63,936 nt of DNA, filler included, from Reticulomyxa filosa (GCA_000512085.1; 17 parts of 17 records of this genome joined end to end with filler, not necessarily neighbours in it); one strand, 5' to 3'; counted from the whole stretch's first letter, positions 1 to 11,958 are shown. The notes: generated by a model from the letters alone, not told the origin. Program-made: numbers and translations.

Positions 1-405
1 TGGAGTGTAAAATATGGATCAAATGAATTATTAAATACAATGTTATCTGGATCATATGATAAAAGTGTTTGTTTATGGGATATTCGATCTAGTCAACAAA
101 TTCAAGTGTTTAATGGCCATAATAGTTGTGTATATGCTGTTGAATATTTACCATTTGTAGTAAATAATATCGAAATTGGTAATAATTCAAATGTGATATG
201 TTCTGGATCATATGATGCCACAATTCGATTTTGGGATATTCGATCAAATAAGAAGGAATTGCATTTGATCAAAGTAGATAAATTGAGATGTCTTAAATTT
301 GTATTATCGAAAAAGACAAAAAAGACTGATAATAAAATAAATAAAGGTTATAATTTTAATTTATACTATGGTTCAGCTAATGGTACTATTCATATTTGGG
401 AATAA
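1..405 (+). CDS. WD40-repeat protein, C-terminal part (5' truncated)
   Basis: SGSYDKSVCLWD, GHNSCVYAVEY, SGSYDATIRFWD and YGSANGTIHIW repeats; stop at 403-405. Confidence 0.85.
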   Translation, partial: WSVKYGSNELLNTMLSGSYDKSVCLWDIRSSQQIQVFNGHNSCVYAVEYLPFVVNNIEIGNNSNVICSGSYDATIRFWDIRSNKKELHLIKVDKLRCLKFVLSKKTKKTDNKINKGYNFNLYYGSANGTIHIWE

Positions 406-1180
406 CTATTGATTAAAATTCAAATATTATTTACAAAAATACTTCAAGTAAACTTTTGCAATAAAACAAACATACTTTGACTAAACAAAAAAAATATCAA
501 AAAAACAACAAAATGATTTTATTGTTAAAAAATTTAATTTCAGAACAGTCATTTTCATCACCAAAATCATGTATTTCAACTGCTTCGATCTCTTATTTCC
601 AATTGCAATGCATACACTGTCGTTTTGACAATCCTTTTGAGCATTTTCAATTCTCTCAAATTAATGGAACTAAAACAGTTACTGATTATGACTTCTTTCA
701 GATTTGAATGCACTAAATTTGGGATTATTTGAAAGACTGTTATTTGATCAAATTCATGTGTAATTGTTAATTCCTGTATCGATTTATGCGCTTTATTTAG
801 CATTACAATAAATAAATAAAGACTCAAACCATTGTCGCAAACATAAAATGTGATCGCTATGTCAATAAAATTGGTTAAATCTGTCAACAGCATGCACATT
901 TCAATCTAATTTACTATCAACAATTCCAATTATTACTTGTCTTAATTTATGTTCAAACTATAATTTCTTTAGTTTGATTTGATATATTTACTTTTTAATG
1001 CTATTACAATTTAGAAAAAGGCTAAATGTAATAATAATTATTGGAAAATCCTCAAATATTCTGAATTAGCAAAAAGTCTTTTTGTTTCATTCAAGATAAA
1101 TATATTTTGAAAAAAAGTAACACGTTTTCTGGACAAAAGGTCTCTTTCAGTGTTTTTTTCTTTGCGAATAACACCACATA

Positions 1181-2078
1181 ATGGCAATGGAAAACTGGAA
1201 TACACAACCCTCCCAAAAAAAGGCATCAAATCTAAAGCAAAAAGAGATAACACATTTCTTTGCTCCAAAAAAAGATACATCAGCAGTGGCGGTTCAGAGA
1301 ACAACACCGGAAGAAGGAAAAAAGGAAGAGAAAAAAGAAGAAGAAGGAAATGTAGAGATAGTACAGGATTTATTTCCATTATCTCCAATATCGCAATGGC
1401 CAGAAATTCAGTTTATAATGCACCGTTTAGAGAATAACAGTACAGTATTGTGGTGTCAGCATTTTTTAACAAACAAGCAAAGTGAGTTACTATTCAAAGA
1501 ATTATTAGGAACAATGACATTTGAACAAAGTGAAGTGAATGGAACATATGGAAAATATAAAATTCCACGTTTGCAAGCGTGGATGGCTGACGATGGAATT
1601 GATAACAAAAAAGCAAGCTTATTTCAATCTCAACCATCTAAGAAATGGTCTAATCGAATGTTATATGTCAAAGAACGCATTGAAGTTAATTTTATTTTAA
1701 GTCCATATGCATGTGTGCAAGCATGTGTACAAACATATTTAAAAAAAAAAAAAGCAAAAACTTGGGGTGAAATTTAATTATGTACTGATTAATTACTATC
1801 GAGATGGTAGAGATCACATCAGTTGGCATAGTGACAGAGAGGCCATTGAACGAAAAAAAAACACAATCGGAAGTGTGTCTTTAGGTTCACCTCGAAAGTT
1901 TTTGTTACGTCATCTAGATCATTTGAATAAACCACATTTAAAGCCTATGGAATTCACCTTGACAAATGGAAGTCTCATTGTTATGAAAGATGATACTCAA
2001 AAATATTGGCAGCATTCTATACCCAAAATGAACAGCTGCAAAACAGGCAGAATTAACTTAACCTTTCGATCGTGTTGA
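1181..2078 (+). CDS. AlkB-family 2OG-Fe(II) dioxygenase (ALKBH2/3-like), 2 exons: 1181-1684 and 1755-2078
   Basis: PRLQAW, NYYRDGRDHISWHSD (HxD), SVSLG, WQHSIPK (distal His) and RINLTFR. A GT..AG intron at 1685-1754 joins the two ORFs in frame. Confidence 0.92.
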
Positions 2079-2989
2079 ATATATGCAACAACGCTTTTTG
2101 ATTCAATGAGATAATATTGACATATATATATCTTAGGACAAACTTACTTTCTTAAATCTTGAATCGTTATCATTTTTCTTCAGTTTTTTCATGACAATCA
2201 ATACTGATAATTATAAAAAATTCAAATTATTTTATGGTGATTGTCTTTATGTTGCCCCTTTTTTTTAATAAATATCCAATAGAAATTTCTATGATTAAAT
2301 CGTAACAATTCCATTGTTTTGCTATGATTTTTCAATAATTTTTGTTAAAAACGAAAAAGCAAATATTGCAATAAAATAGAAATTCATTTGACAGTTTTGT
2401 TCATTCAGAGTCCTCAATTTAAAATATTTAATTTTATGTTTATTTATCACAGTTATATAAAAAAAGTAAAGCCTGAATATAATAACGTTTGACTTATTTG
2501 CGTAATTTATATTCTATATCATACATATTTTTCCTTTTCGCATTGTCGCATATCATATTTAATTTTAATTTTTGTAAAATATATAATATATTTATATAAT
2601 CTTTTTTATTTTGTTTAAACAAATCAAATTTATTCAAAATAATAAATGTTATGTAATTTATGTATTTTCTTATTTAGACTTGCGTTTGTTACATGTTCTT
2701 CAATCTTATTATTAATACTAGTATTCACAAAAAGAATAAGAAGAAGTTCATCAATAATATAACCTTAACTTATTCTTGCTCTTTATATTTTGTCCTCTTT
2801 CAAATTTTGCTTTAGTTCACCTTTATAAGATATTCTTTATTAGAATGTGACAGACAACGACACCAAAGTCTCAGGACGAGTTAACTGTTCTTTTGTTCCA
2901 TTTCTAAGATAAATTTGAAAATCTACTTGAAGATGTAGCTATGATCATTTAAGTTTTTAATGAAAGTGTAACCTTTTTTGTAGTTCTTC

Positions 2990-3420
2990 AATTGAATAAT
3001 ACAAATCCTTTTTTATACAAAATTTTACTTTTTTAATATTTCATCAGATAAAAATACAAGTGATAGAACTTGTATGTAGTGCGCATGATGGTCAGAGATG
3101 CAATTGGAAGCAGTGATTGATACGATATTTGGAAACACATAATAATTAATGTCCTAAACGGATCATGGTCCGTAGCGCAAAATCAAAAATAGCACGACAA
3201 TGCATTGGTAAATCACATTTACAAACTTATTTGAACAACCTTTAAAGTGTTCTTCTACTCTGATCAATAGCTAACAAAAAGAAAAAAAAATAACATGCCC
3301 AAAATTGATCAAGTTACGGCCAAATTTCCACACGCAAAATACAAATGCAACAGAAATAGTTGACAATTAAAGAAGATGGCAATGAACTCATTATCGAATA
3401 CTTGAGTACTGCTTGCGAAA
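2990..3420 (+). pseudogene. Decayed RING/TRAF-type zinc-finger gene remnant
   Basis: Broken frames give IELVCSAHDGQ...IRYLETHNN*CP...SKIARQCIG, resembling the RING-like N-terminus of TRAF-family proteins; interrupted by stops and frameshifts. Confidence 0.35.
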
Positions 3421-3614
3421 TATGCTGGCCCATTGAAAGCACTACTTTCTGTATTTGTTAATTTTTATTGTTAAGTACAAATAAAATCGAAAAAATTACA
3501 AGAACTCACGCTTGTTACGTTCTTTCCACAAAAAATTTACAAGTTGATAACTTTGCTGAAAGTCAAATGTATTTTACAAAATAATTAAGACAAAACAAAA
3601 ACATGATTTACATA

Positions 3615-6600
3615 TCAAAATATTCCACCACGTTGTTTCACAAGCAATTTTTGTTGATCTTCCAAACCTTTTGTATCTTTCCAAATACTATCTTTCATTG
3701 ATAAACCACTTTGAATGCCCACTCTCCAAATATAATTAATCAAACTAGTCTCAGTTATATCAACAACTTTATTATCACTACTACATAATCGAATTGTTTT
3801 ATCATCAGAACAAGATACAAATTTAAAACCATCTGGTGATAAATGAACACCGTTAATAATACCGTTATGTCCTTTTAATAATTGAATTTGTTTTCCTGAA
3901 GATATATCCCATATACGAATTGTATTATCTTTAGAATATGAAATAATTTTTGTACTATCAGATAAAAATTGTACTCCTTTTACCCATTCTCCATGTCCTC
4001 TTAATAATTGTATTTGTCTTCCATTTGATATATTCCATGCTCGAATAGTTTTATCATCTGAACATGATATTAATTTAGTACCATCATAAGAAAATTGTAC
4101 TTCATTTACACTTTCTTTATGTCCTTCTAATAATAAAAGTTGATTACCAGATAATACATCCCATATTCTAATTGTTTTATCCCATGAATATGATACAATT
4201 TTATTACCGTCTGATGAAAATTGTGCACCTTCTACTATATTAGAATGTCCTGTAAATATTTGTAATTGTCTTCCAGATAATACATCCCATAATCGAACTG
4301 TATAATCATAAGAAGAAGAAATAATTTTAGAATTATCTGGTGAAAATTGTGCTTGAGTTACACGACGAGAATGTCCATTTAATAATTGTATTTGTCTTCC
4401 GTTTAATATATCCCATATTCTAATAGTTTTATCTGCTGAACATGATACTACTTTATTACCATCAGATGATATTTCTACTTTCCATATCAATTCTGAATGT
4501 CCTTCTAATATTTGATATTGTTTATATAATATATTCCATATTCTTATTGTATTATCATCAGAATATGATATAATTTTAGAACCATCTAATGAAAATAATA
4601 TACCACGTATATAATTAGTATGACCTTCAAATATTTGTATTAATTTTCCTGTTTGTACATCCCATAAACGAATAGTCTTATCTTCTGAGCATGAAATAAT
4701 TTTAGTACCATCAGGGGAAAATTTTACATCTGTCACAATATCTAGATATCCTGTTATTAATTGTATACGTTTTTCTAAAGTAATATCCCATATTCTAATA
4801 GTACAATCACTTGAACAAGATAAAATTTTTGGTTCCTTTGGAAAAAATTCTACATCATTTACACGTTGTGAATGTCCTTCTAATATTTGTATTTGTTTAC
4901 CCGATAGTACATCCCATATTCTTACTGTTGTATCAGAAGATGCTGAAACAATCTTTAAATCATTAAATGAAAATTTGGCTTTTTTTATAGAATTTGAATG
5001 TCCTCCTAATATTTGTATTTGTTTACCAGATAATATATCCCATATTCTTATTGTACAATCTTTTGAATAGGATAACATTTTTGAACCATTTGATGATATT
5101 TCAATACCATTTATTTCATTTGTATGTCCTTTTAATATTTGTATTTGTCTTTCATTTGATATATCCCATATTCTAATAGTTCTATCATTTGAATATGATA
5201 TTATTTTTGATTCATTATAAATAAATTGAACATACAATATATCATCTAAATGTCCTTTTAATAATAATATTTGTTTACCAGATATTATATCCCATAAACG
5301 AATAGTTTTATCATTTGAACATGAAATAATTTTATTACCATCTAATGAAAATTGTACTGTATTTATCCAGCCTGAATGTCCTTCTAATATTTGTATTTGT
5401 TCACCAGATAACACTTTCCATATTCTTATTGTACAATCTTTTGAACATGTTACAACTTTAGACCCATCTGATGAAAAATATGCTGCTGTAATGTTCCATG
5501 AATGTCCTTTAAATATTTGTATTTGTTTACCAGATAATATATCCCATATACGAGCTGTTTTATCATCTGAAGATGATAAAATGGTATTACCATCCGGTGA
5601 AAATTGTATTGTATTTATGAATCCAGAATGTCCTTTTAATATATTGAGTTGTTTTTTTGTTATTGTATCCCATATTCGAATAGTTTGATCATATGAACAT
5701 GATATTATTTTTGTTCCATCCGGTGAAAATTTTATTGTATCTACTGATTTTGAATGTCCTTCTAAATATGCATATTCACCAAAATAAATATTATTCATTG
5801 ATGTATTTGTAAAATTAGTATTATTTAAGCAAGCTTGAATAAAACTAACATTATCTAAATTAGCATTAGTAAAATTAGTTCCTTCAAGAAATGCACGATC
5901 TAATATTGCATATGGTATTTTAATATTATTCCAATCTTTATAATGCATATTTATATTTGCTGAATTAAGTATAGTAATTGCATTTGCTGCTGCAATACTA
6001 ACATTTTCATTATTTTTTGATGATTCAATAATTCGAAATAATCTTGATTTTAAATTTGAAAATATTGGATTTATATCATGTATTCTTTCTGCAATAAATT
6101 GAATAATCTCAGGTTCATCATTTAGTAATTTATAATTAATAAATAATTTTGATACACATTTTTCGAATTGTTGTTGAAATTGTTGATTATTAATATTATC
6201 AATATTATCAATATTACCTATATTATCAGGCTTCCATGAAAGAATATCAAAAATAATTTTTTGTGCCGCATAATATTCTTGACAAGATTTATGTAAAAAT
6301 TGATATTTATTATCACCAATTCTTCTTAATACATATTTTGCAATACTATCACCATTAAAATATTTTTCCCAAATATCTAATTTTTTATCATTAATTATAT
6401 TCATTTCTTCTTTTTTTTCGTCAATAGTATTTTTATTATCATTTTCATATATAATAGGATCTAATTTATTATAAATTATTTCATTATTATCTTGGTATTG
6501 ATAATCTGCTTCAATTGCTATTTGATTTCTTTGATAAAACATTTCAAATCCTAAATTAAGACAATATTGGTTTAATGTATATTTAATTTTATTGTAATTA

Positions 6601-9209
6601 ATTTGTATACGTAATTCTGATAATTTAGAGATAATATTTTGACTATGAATGTCAATCCATTGATCATTAAATACTTGATATATTTGTGTTTTTGTAATTC
6701 TACTTTCTATACCATATTGTTTTATTAAAGATGGTAATATACTTAAAATAAGTTGAAGAAGAAATGGTTCTTCTATCATTTTTTGTAAATTTGGATAATT
6801 ATTTAATGTATCTTCATATTGCTTAGATGTCCAATTGTTAATATTTTTATTTTTTATTTTAGAAAATTTCTCTATATAATTGTGCATTTGTTGTTTAGTA
6901 AATGGCCATAAATACATTATTGGTGCATTATTTTGATCAATACCAATTAAAGTATTTTTAAAATCATCATCACTTAATACTTTAGTTCTACAAGTAATAA
7001 TAATTTTTGCATTCCATTGATCTAAATTAAAACGATTATAAAAATATTTATTATTATTATTTTGATTATATTTATCAAATATTTCATCAAATCCATCCAT
7101 AATAAATATAAAAGATATTTTTTCACGTATTATATCTATAATTTCTTTATTAATATTTTTACTTTGTAATATCTGCAAAATAATATCTTTTTCATTATTT
7201 TTATTGTATATTTTTGAAAATGAAATATAAATAGGAATAGGATTTTTAATATTAGTTTTATAATTATTCCATAAATTTTCTTCTAAATGTCTGCAAAAAA
7301 TACTTTTTCCTGATCCTGATTTTCCTTGAATTATCATTACATTATTTTGCTCATTTTTTTTTTCTTCTTTTTCTTCTAAAAATTCTATTACATTTTGATA
7401 ACAATCATATGAATCGTTTTTTTCATTATCTTCACCATCTATACATTGATAATTATTTCCTTGTAATGGAATATATGTTTCAAGTGCTTGTAAAATATTA
7501 ATATCTTCTTCTATTTCTTTTTTTCTTGATTCTTGTAATAATAATGCAAAATCAAAACAGCTTGCTGGATTTTTATCTCCAATAATATATTTTTTATAAT
7601 ATTCATATAATATAACATAAATAGCTTTTCCTTTTATTTTTTCTGGAATAAATGTATAAAGTTGTTCATATACAAATTGTGACATTTTTAATGATCTATT
7701 ATTATTTATTTCTATTAATGCTTTTTTATATAATTGTGGTGGTTTTAATATATCCATTTCTAAATTAGATTTATAGCGATTTGATATTTTTTGTATTTCT
7801 TTATCATCTATCCATTCACAAATAATATCATTAATTTTTGTTAATGTCTCATTACTTGCTTGTTTTAAATCTTCTTCTTCTGTATTTTTAGGTTTCCATG
7901 ATCTAATATATTCATAAAATAAATGACTTATTTTAGGATTTTCTATTGTGGTATATTCTTCTAATGTTGTAAAATTTTTTAATGTTGCTTGCATTTCTAT
8001 ATATACATCATATTTTGGAACATATAATTTTATATTATGAAATCTATGATGTGTTTTTGATTGTTTTTCAAAATAATCTTTATCTTCTGAAATAATTAAA
8101 TTAAATTTTTCAGCTTTTTTTATTACTGCTACTGCTGTTTGTAATTTAGTTGAATTATCACATAATATTGTAAATCTACCAACATCAAATACTTGATTAT
8201 AATCATCATTATAATCAAATTTTATTTTTTCTAATAATCTTATACTATCTTTTATTTTAGATGGTTTTACAACTGTTATTAAATATTTTTGTAATTCTGC
8301 TATTAAATTTATTATTTCATTACTTATCATAGCTTTTTCACTTCGATTTATTAAATCTTCTAGACTTGTTGCATGTTGTCTTATTTTTTTAGCTTTTATT
8401 TCATAACATAATCCTGATTTTATTGGATAAAAGCATTGATAATAATTATCATTAACAGGAATAGAATTATCATTTGAGCTAATATAATGTTCTGAATTAA
8501 ATATCATTGCTTTTATAATAGATGTTACCGTTAATTGACCACAATCCGGACAATAATAAGGTGCTTTATCTGATTGAAATGATATATTCACAAATCCAAG
8601 ATTTACCCATACAGGAATTTTTGCTTTTGATGCCAAACAGTCTTGATTTATACAATAACCTTGTAAATTAATTCCAGGTTTAGTTTCTCCAATTTCTATT
8701 TTTTCATCTTCTTTTTTTAATTTTTCAGTTTTTTGTTCTATTTCAATTGCTGTATCCTTTTTTTCCCAAGTAAATAAAATATGTATTATTTTTGTGTATT
8801 AATGAATAATTGAAAATGATTCTTTTAAAAAAAAAACTAACTTTCTGTTTATCTTGTCCTGCAACAGTTTCTTCAATATCAGCCTATTTTTTTTGTTTTT
8901 TTCATAAAGATAATATCTTATACAAATTTAAAAAAAAAAATATATATATATATATGTATATATAACATTCTGTTTCATTAATGTTGTCGTAATCTGTTCA
9001 ATCACAATTTCAACATTTCCATTGTTCTGTTCGAGTTGTTTTCTCAATTCTTCTTCTTTAATCGTCGTGCCATATAATCTTACTAATGCTTTAATCTCTG
9101 CTTCATATTTTGGTGTTTCTGATTTACTCTGCATACCTCCTACAAGTTTGATATCTCCTTTACAACTATAACACAATGCGTTTGCAAATACGTGCATTAC
9201 TTCTTGAGT
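3615..9209 (-). CDS. NLR-like STAND protein: UBA-like helical module + Cys4 Zn module + RelA/SpoT-like nucleotidyltransferase + NACHT + pentapeptide repeats + 16 WD40 repeats. Exons 9209-8967, 8883-8842, 8756-3615; 5' end further upstream and uncertain
   Basis: Walker A GKSGSGKS (about 7302-7325), Walker [11 protein letters not shown] (about 7085-7115), KIIITCR, PFLL and [12 protein letters not shown] winged-helix motifs. Pentapeptide repeats [20 protein letters not shown] (about 5790-5940). 16 GH...WD repeats (about 3780-5760). RSH-like motifs at about 7895-8280. The three exons splice in phase 0 at GT/AG. Confidence 0.9.
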
Positions 9210-9837
9210 CTATGATCATACAAATAGATTTATGATCTCTTTTTTCGAAATATTTATATCTGTGAGAAAAAAAAAAAAGATGTGTATATTTATTCAAACT
9301 TTAATAAACGCAACACTTTGTATCGCCATTGCTGCAGCATCTTTTCCTATGTTTACGTATATATTTTGTTTGCCTATGCTTTGAAGATCACGGACGTAAG
9401 GTGTTTTTTTAATGCTAAGGATGCCAACACAAAAAGACTATTCCTAACCTGATCGCTTTGAAAACATTACTGCAAAAGTTAGCGCTTTGAGCTGGTGGAG
9501 ATTATTACGAGATGCCAACAGGGAAAAATTATAGTTTTTTATTATGAAAGAAACCTACATACGTTTCCCACGCTTGACACGTTCGTTCACTGTCCAAGTT
9601 ACTCAAGACTTTTCGTAGACACTCCAGTATTGTATGGAGTATTGGTCATTTCACATCGATAGTAGTCAATTCATTTGCTCTGAGTCAGATAATAAAATAG
9701 CTCGTGTACGTATTAAATGACAACAAACGAATTTGATGATTCAACGGACATTTTAATCATGTTCATTGTCGTGATATCATTTGTTCTTCGTCAGGAGATA
9801 AAATCAATAGAAATTTTTTAAAAAATGTGGAATGAAA

Positions 9838-9937
9838 NNNNNNNNNNNNNNNNNNNNNNNNNNNNNNNNNNNNNNNNNNNNTTAATTAATTAANNNNNNN
9901 NNNNNNNNNNNNNNNNNNNNNNNNNNNNNNNNNNNNN
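9838..9937. other. Artificial contig-joining spacer N44-TTAATTAATTAA-N44. Also at 16318, 18655, 22763, 24689, 28041, 35133, 36679, 40346, 44282, 45688, 53624, 55704, 57627, 60400 and 62613
   Basis: Identical 100-bp block containing a linker with stops in all six frames, seen 16 times; genes are truncated at these points. Confidence 0.98.
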
Positions 9938-10574
9938 TTGATTTTCCTTGTGGCATTGGCTCAACTAGAGCTTAACATAGTGTCAGTTTTTTCAAATATT
10001 TTTTAAAATTTTTTTCAAAGTTTTCACAAAGTTATTGTTTGTTGTTAATTTTTTCGCCTTTATATAATTTTACTTTAATTATCCACCAAATGCTCAATTG
10101 GATTTAGGTTTGGTGAATTAAGGAAAATTTATCAGTTATATTATTTTCTTTAAATCAATCCATTATTTTTTTAGTTTTGTGACATGATGAATCTTCTCTG
10201 ACCTGCCAGATCCAGCTTTTCTTTTTACGGTTCCATTATACTTATATAACGTAGCCAAAAAAGCTATACTTATATTAAATTTCTTTGCTACAGATCGAAT
10301 GCTAGCTCCGCCAACTAGCATACCAACAGACAATCTTTTTTTAAAAGCAATCAAATGTTTCAAAATTTTAAATATCAAAATTTTGAATATCAATTAAAAA
10401 TATTAACAATAAAGAAAATTAGCAAAAAAAAAATTTAATATTTAAAAACTACAATATTAGTATATATTATTTTTTTAAAAAAATTATGCTTAAATCTTTA
10501 TTTTTCATTGAGAAAATCGATTCTCTTCATATAGTGCCATTTAGGTATTGCAGTTTTTTTTGCAATATACTGTA
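9938..10574 (-). mobile_element. Tc1/mariner DNA transposon remnant (internally deleted)
   Basis: HTH-like SIRSVAKKFNIS and the GRPR-like RKAGSGR linker (10163-10393). NSPNLNPIEHL (10084-10119) matches the Tc1 SPDLNPIE motif. The terminus TA|CAGTATATTGCAAAAAAAACTGCAATAC ends at 10574. Confidence 0.8.
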
Positions 10575-10618
10575 GCAGTTTGTTATAATAAATTGAGAAC
10601 TAAGTATGAAGTAAAGAG

Positions 10619-11958
10619 TTACGCCCAAAGGCGAATATGGAAATCCCAACATCCAGTGGCCAGAGCATGTCCACTTGGAGAGACTTGCATACGACGAGCT
10701 CTCTGTGTATGTGTTAACACATAGACCTCTTTTGTGTTGAGTGTATTCAAAGCAATGATCGAGTTTGCATCATCATCATCGACAAAGATGTAACAGCCAG
10801 ACACCGAAGTGTCGACCATTTGCACCGAAGTATGTGTTCTATTTGAGTAGATAGCCATTTGTCGATACGCACGCAAGTCAAATAACCGACAAGTGGAATC
10901 ATCGGAGCCGGTGACAAATGACCGCTTGTTTGGAAACAGATGGACACTTGTGCAAAACAACAAAACATATATGTACACATATATATATACGTATACACAA
11001 ACAGTCTTTTTTTTTTTGAAAAATGTAATATTGTTTAACCAGTTAATATCACTAGTATGAAATCCTGCAAAATTGAGCATCCATTTCTTAGGTGTTCGAT
11101 CATCCCATACTTTGGCGGTAGAATCAAACGAGCCAGTGATAACCAAATGACTCGACGGGTCGACGCATACCGACATTACGTCTCCAGTGTGTCCTTCGGA
11201 CGTGCTTATTATACGTTCTTTTGTTATGTTCCAGTATCCCACAGTTAAGTCGCCAGAGGTCGTCACAATGGTGTCTTCGTTCAGAAACTTGCAGCTGCTT
11301 ACATATCCTTCGTGTCCTTGCAGAATATATTGTCCTTGGTCGGACTCTGATTCTTCCTTTGGCATTGGCGTAAGTCCAAACGCGTCCGACACGTCATAGA
11401 TTGTGCAAAGGTTATCCAATCCCCCCACCGCTGTCAATGTTCCACTTGGAGAAACCGCACTTGCCAACATCCAACTATTACTTAAATTAAGGCTCTTTTT
11501 TATTGTCTTGCTGCAAGTGTCCCATACCTACTCACTCCAATAATAACATTTATGTATATACATATACGTACATTTATATATTATTTACATGTGTAGTGTG
11601 ATATAACTATCAATCTGGCATCTTGAGCAATCGAAAATAAATGCTTGCTATCATGGTGCCAGTTGACACCGTAAACCTTTCCGGAGTGGCTTTCTAATTT
11701 CACTTTCACTTCGAATTCTTTTGTTGGGACTTTGATTTCTTTGCTTTCGAAATAAGCTATTAGCGCTTTTTTTCATTGAAATTTATTCCAAATGTAAGCT
11801 GATGTTTGCTTGCACAAAAAAAAGAACACAACGCATGGCTCTCAACTTTTCTCAGATTTACGCTTTTCATTAAGCTTTAGTTTTAAGTGATTTATTTGCT
11901 CTGCACAATCTTTCAATTCTTTATCTACATTGATCACTCGTTTCAAAAGTTGCAACAT
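10619..11958 (-). CDS. Heterotrimeric G-protein beta subunit (divergent), about 4 exons
   Basis: N-terminal coiled coil, HSGKVYGVNW..DSKHLFSIAQDARLIVWD, SWMLASAVSPSG..AVGGLDNLCTIY, GHEGYVSSCKF, GHTGDVMSV, FVTGSDDSTCRLFDLRA and ALATGCWDFHIRLWA. Confidence 0.88.

Noticed and set aside
477-899. Short overlapping ORFs
   Set aside because: No recognisable motifs; probably spurious or decayed.
1181-3615. Functional link between the AlkB gene and the NLR-like gene
   Set aside because: They are convergent eukaryotic neighbours about 1.5 kb apart with no evidence of coupling.
9646-9648. In-frame TGA in a possible upstream exon (and others near 30300-30380) suggesting stop-codon reassignment
   Set aside because: Intact genes here use TGG for Trp and end in TGA, TAA or TAG (for example the AlkB gene ends in TGA). 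Decay or a wrong exon call is the simpler explanation.
9882-9893. Recurrent TTAATTAATTAA palindrome as a biological repeat or CRISPR-like element
   Set aside because: It is always embedded in N44 blocks and is an artificial six-frame stop linker. Gene adjacency across it is meaningless.
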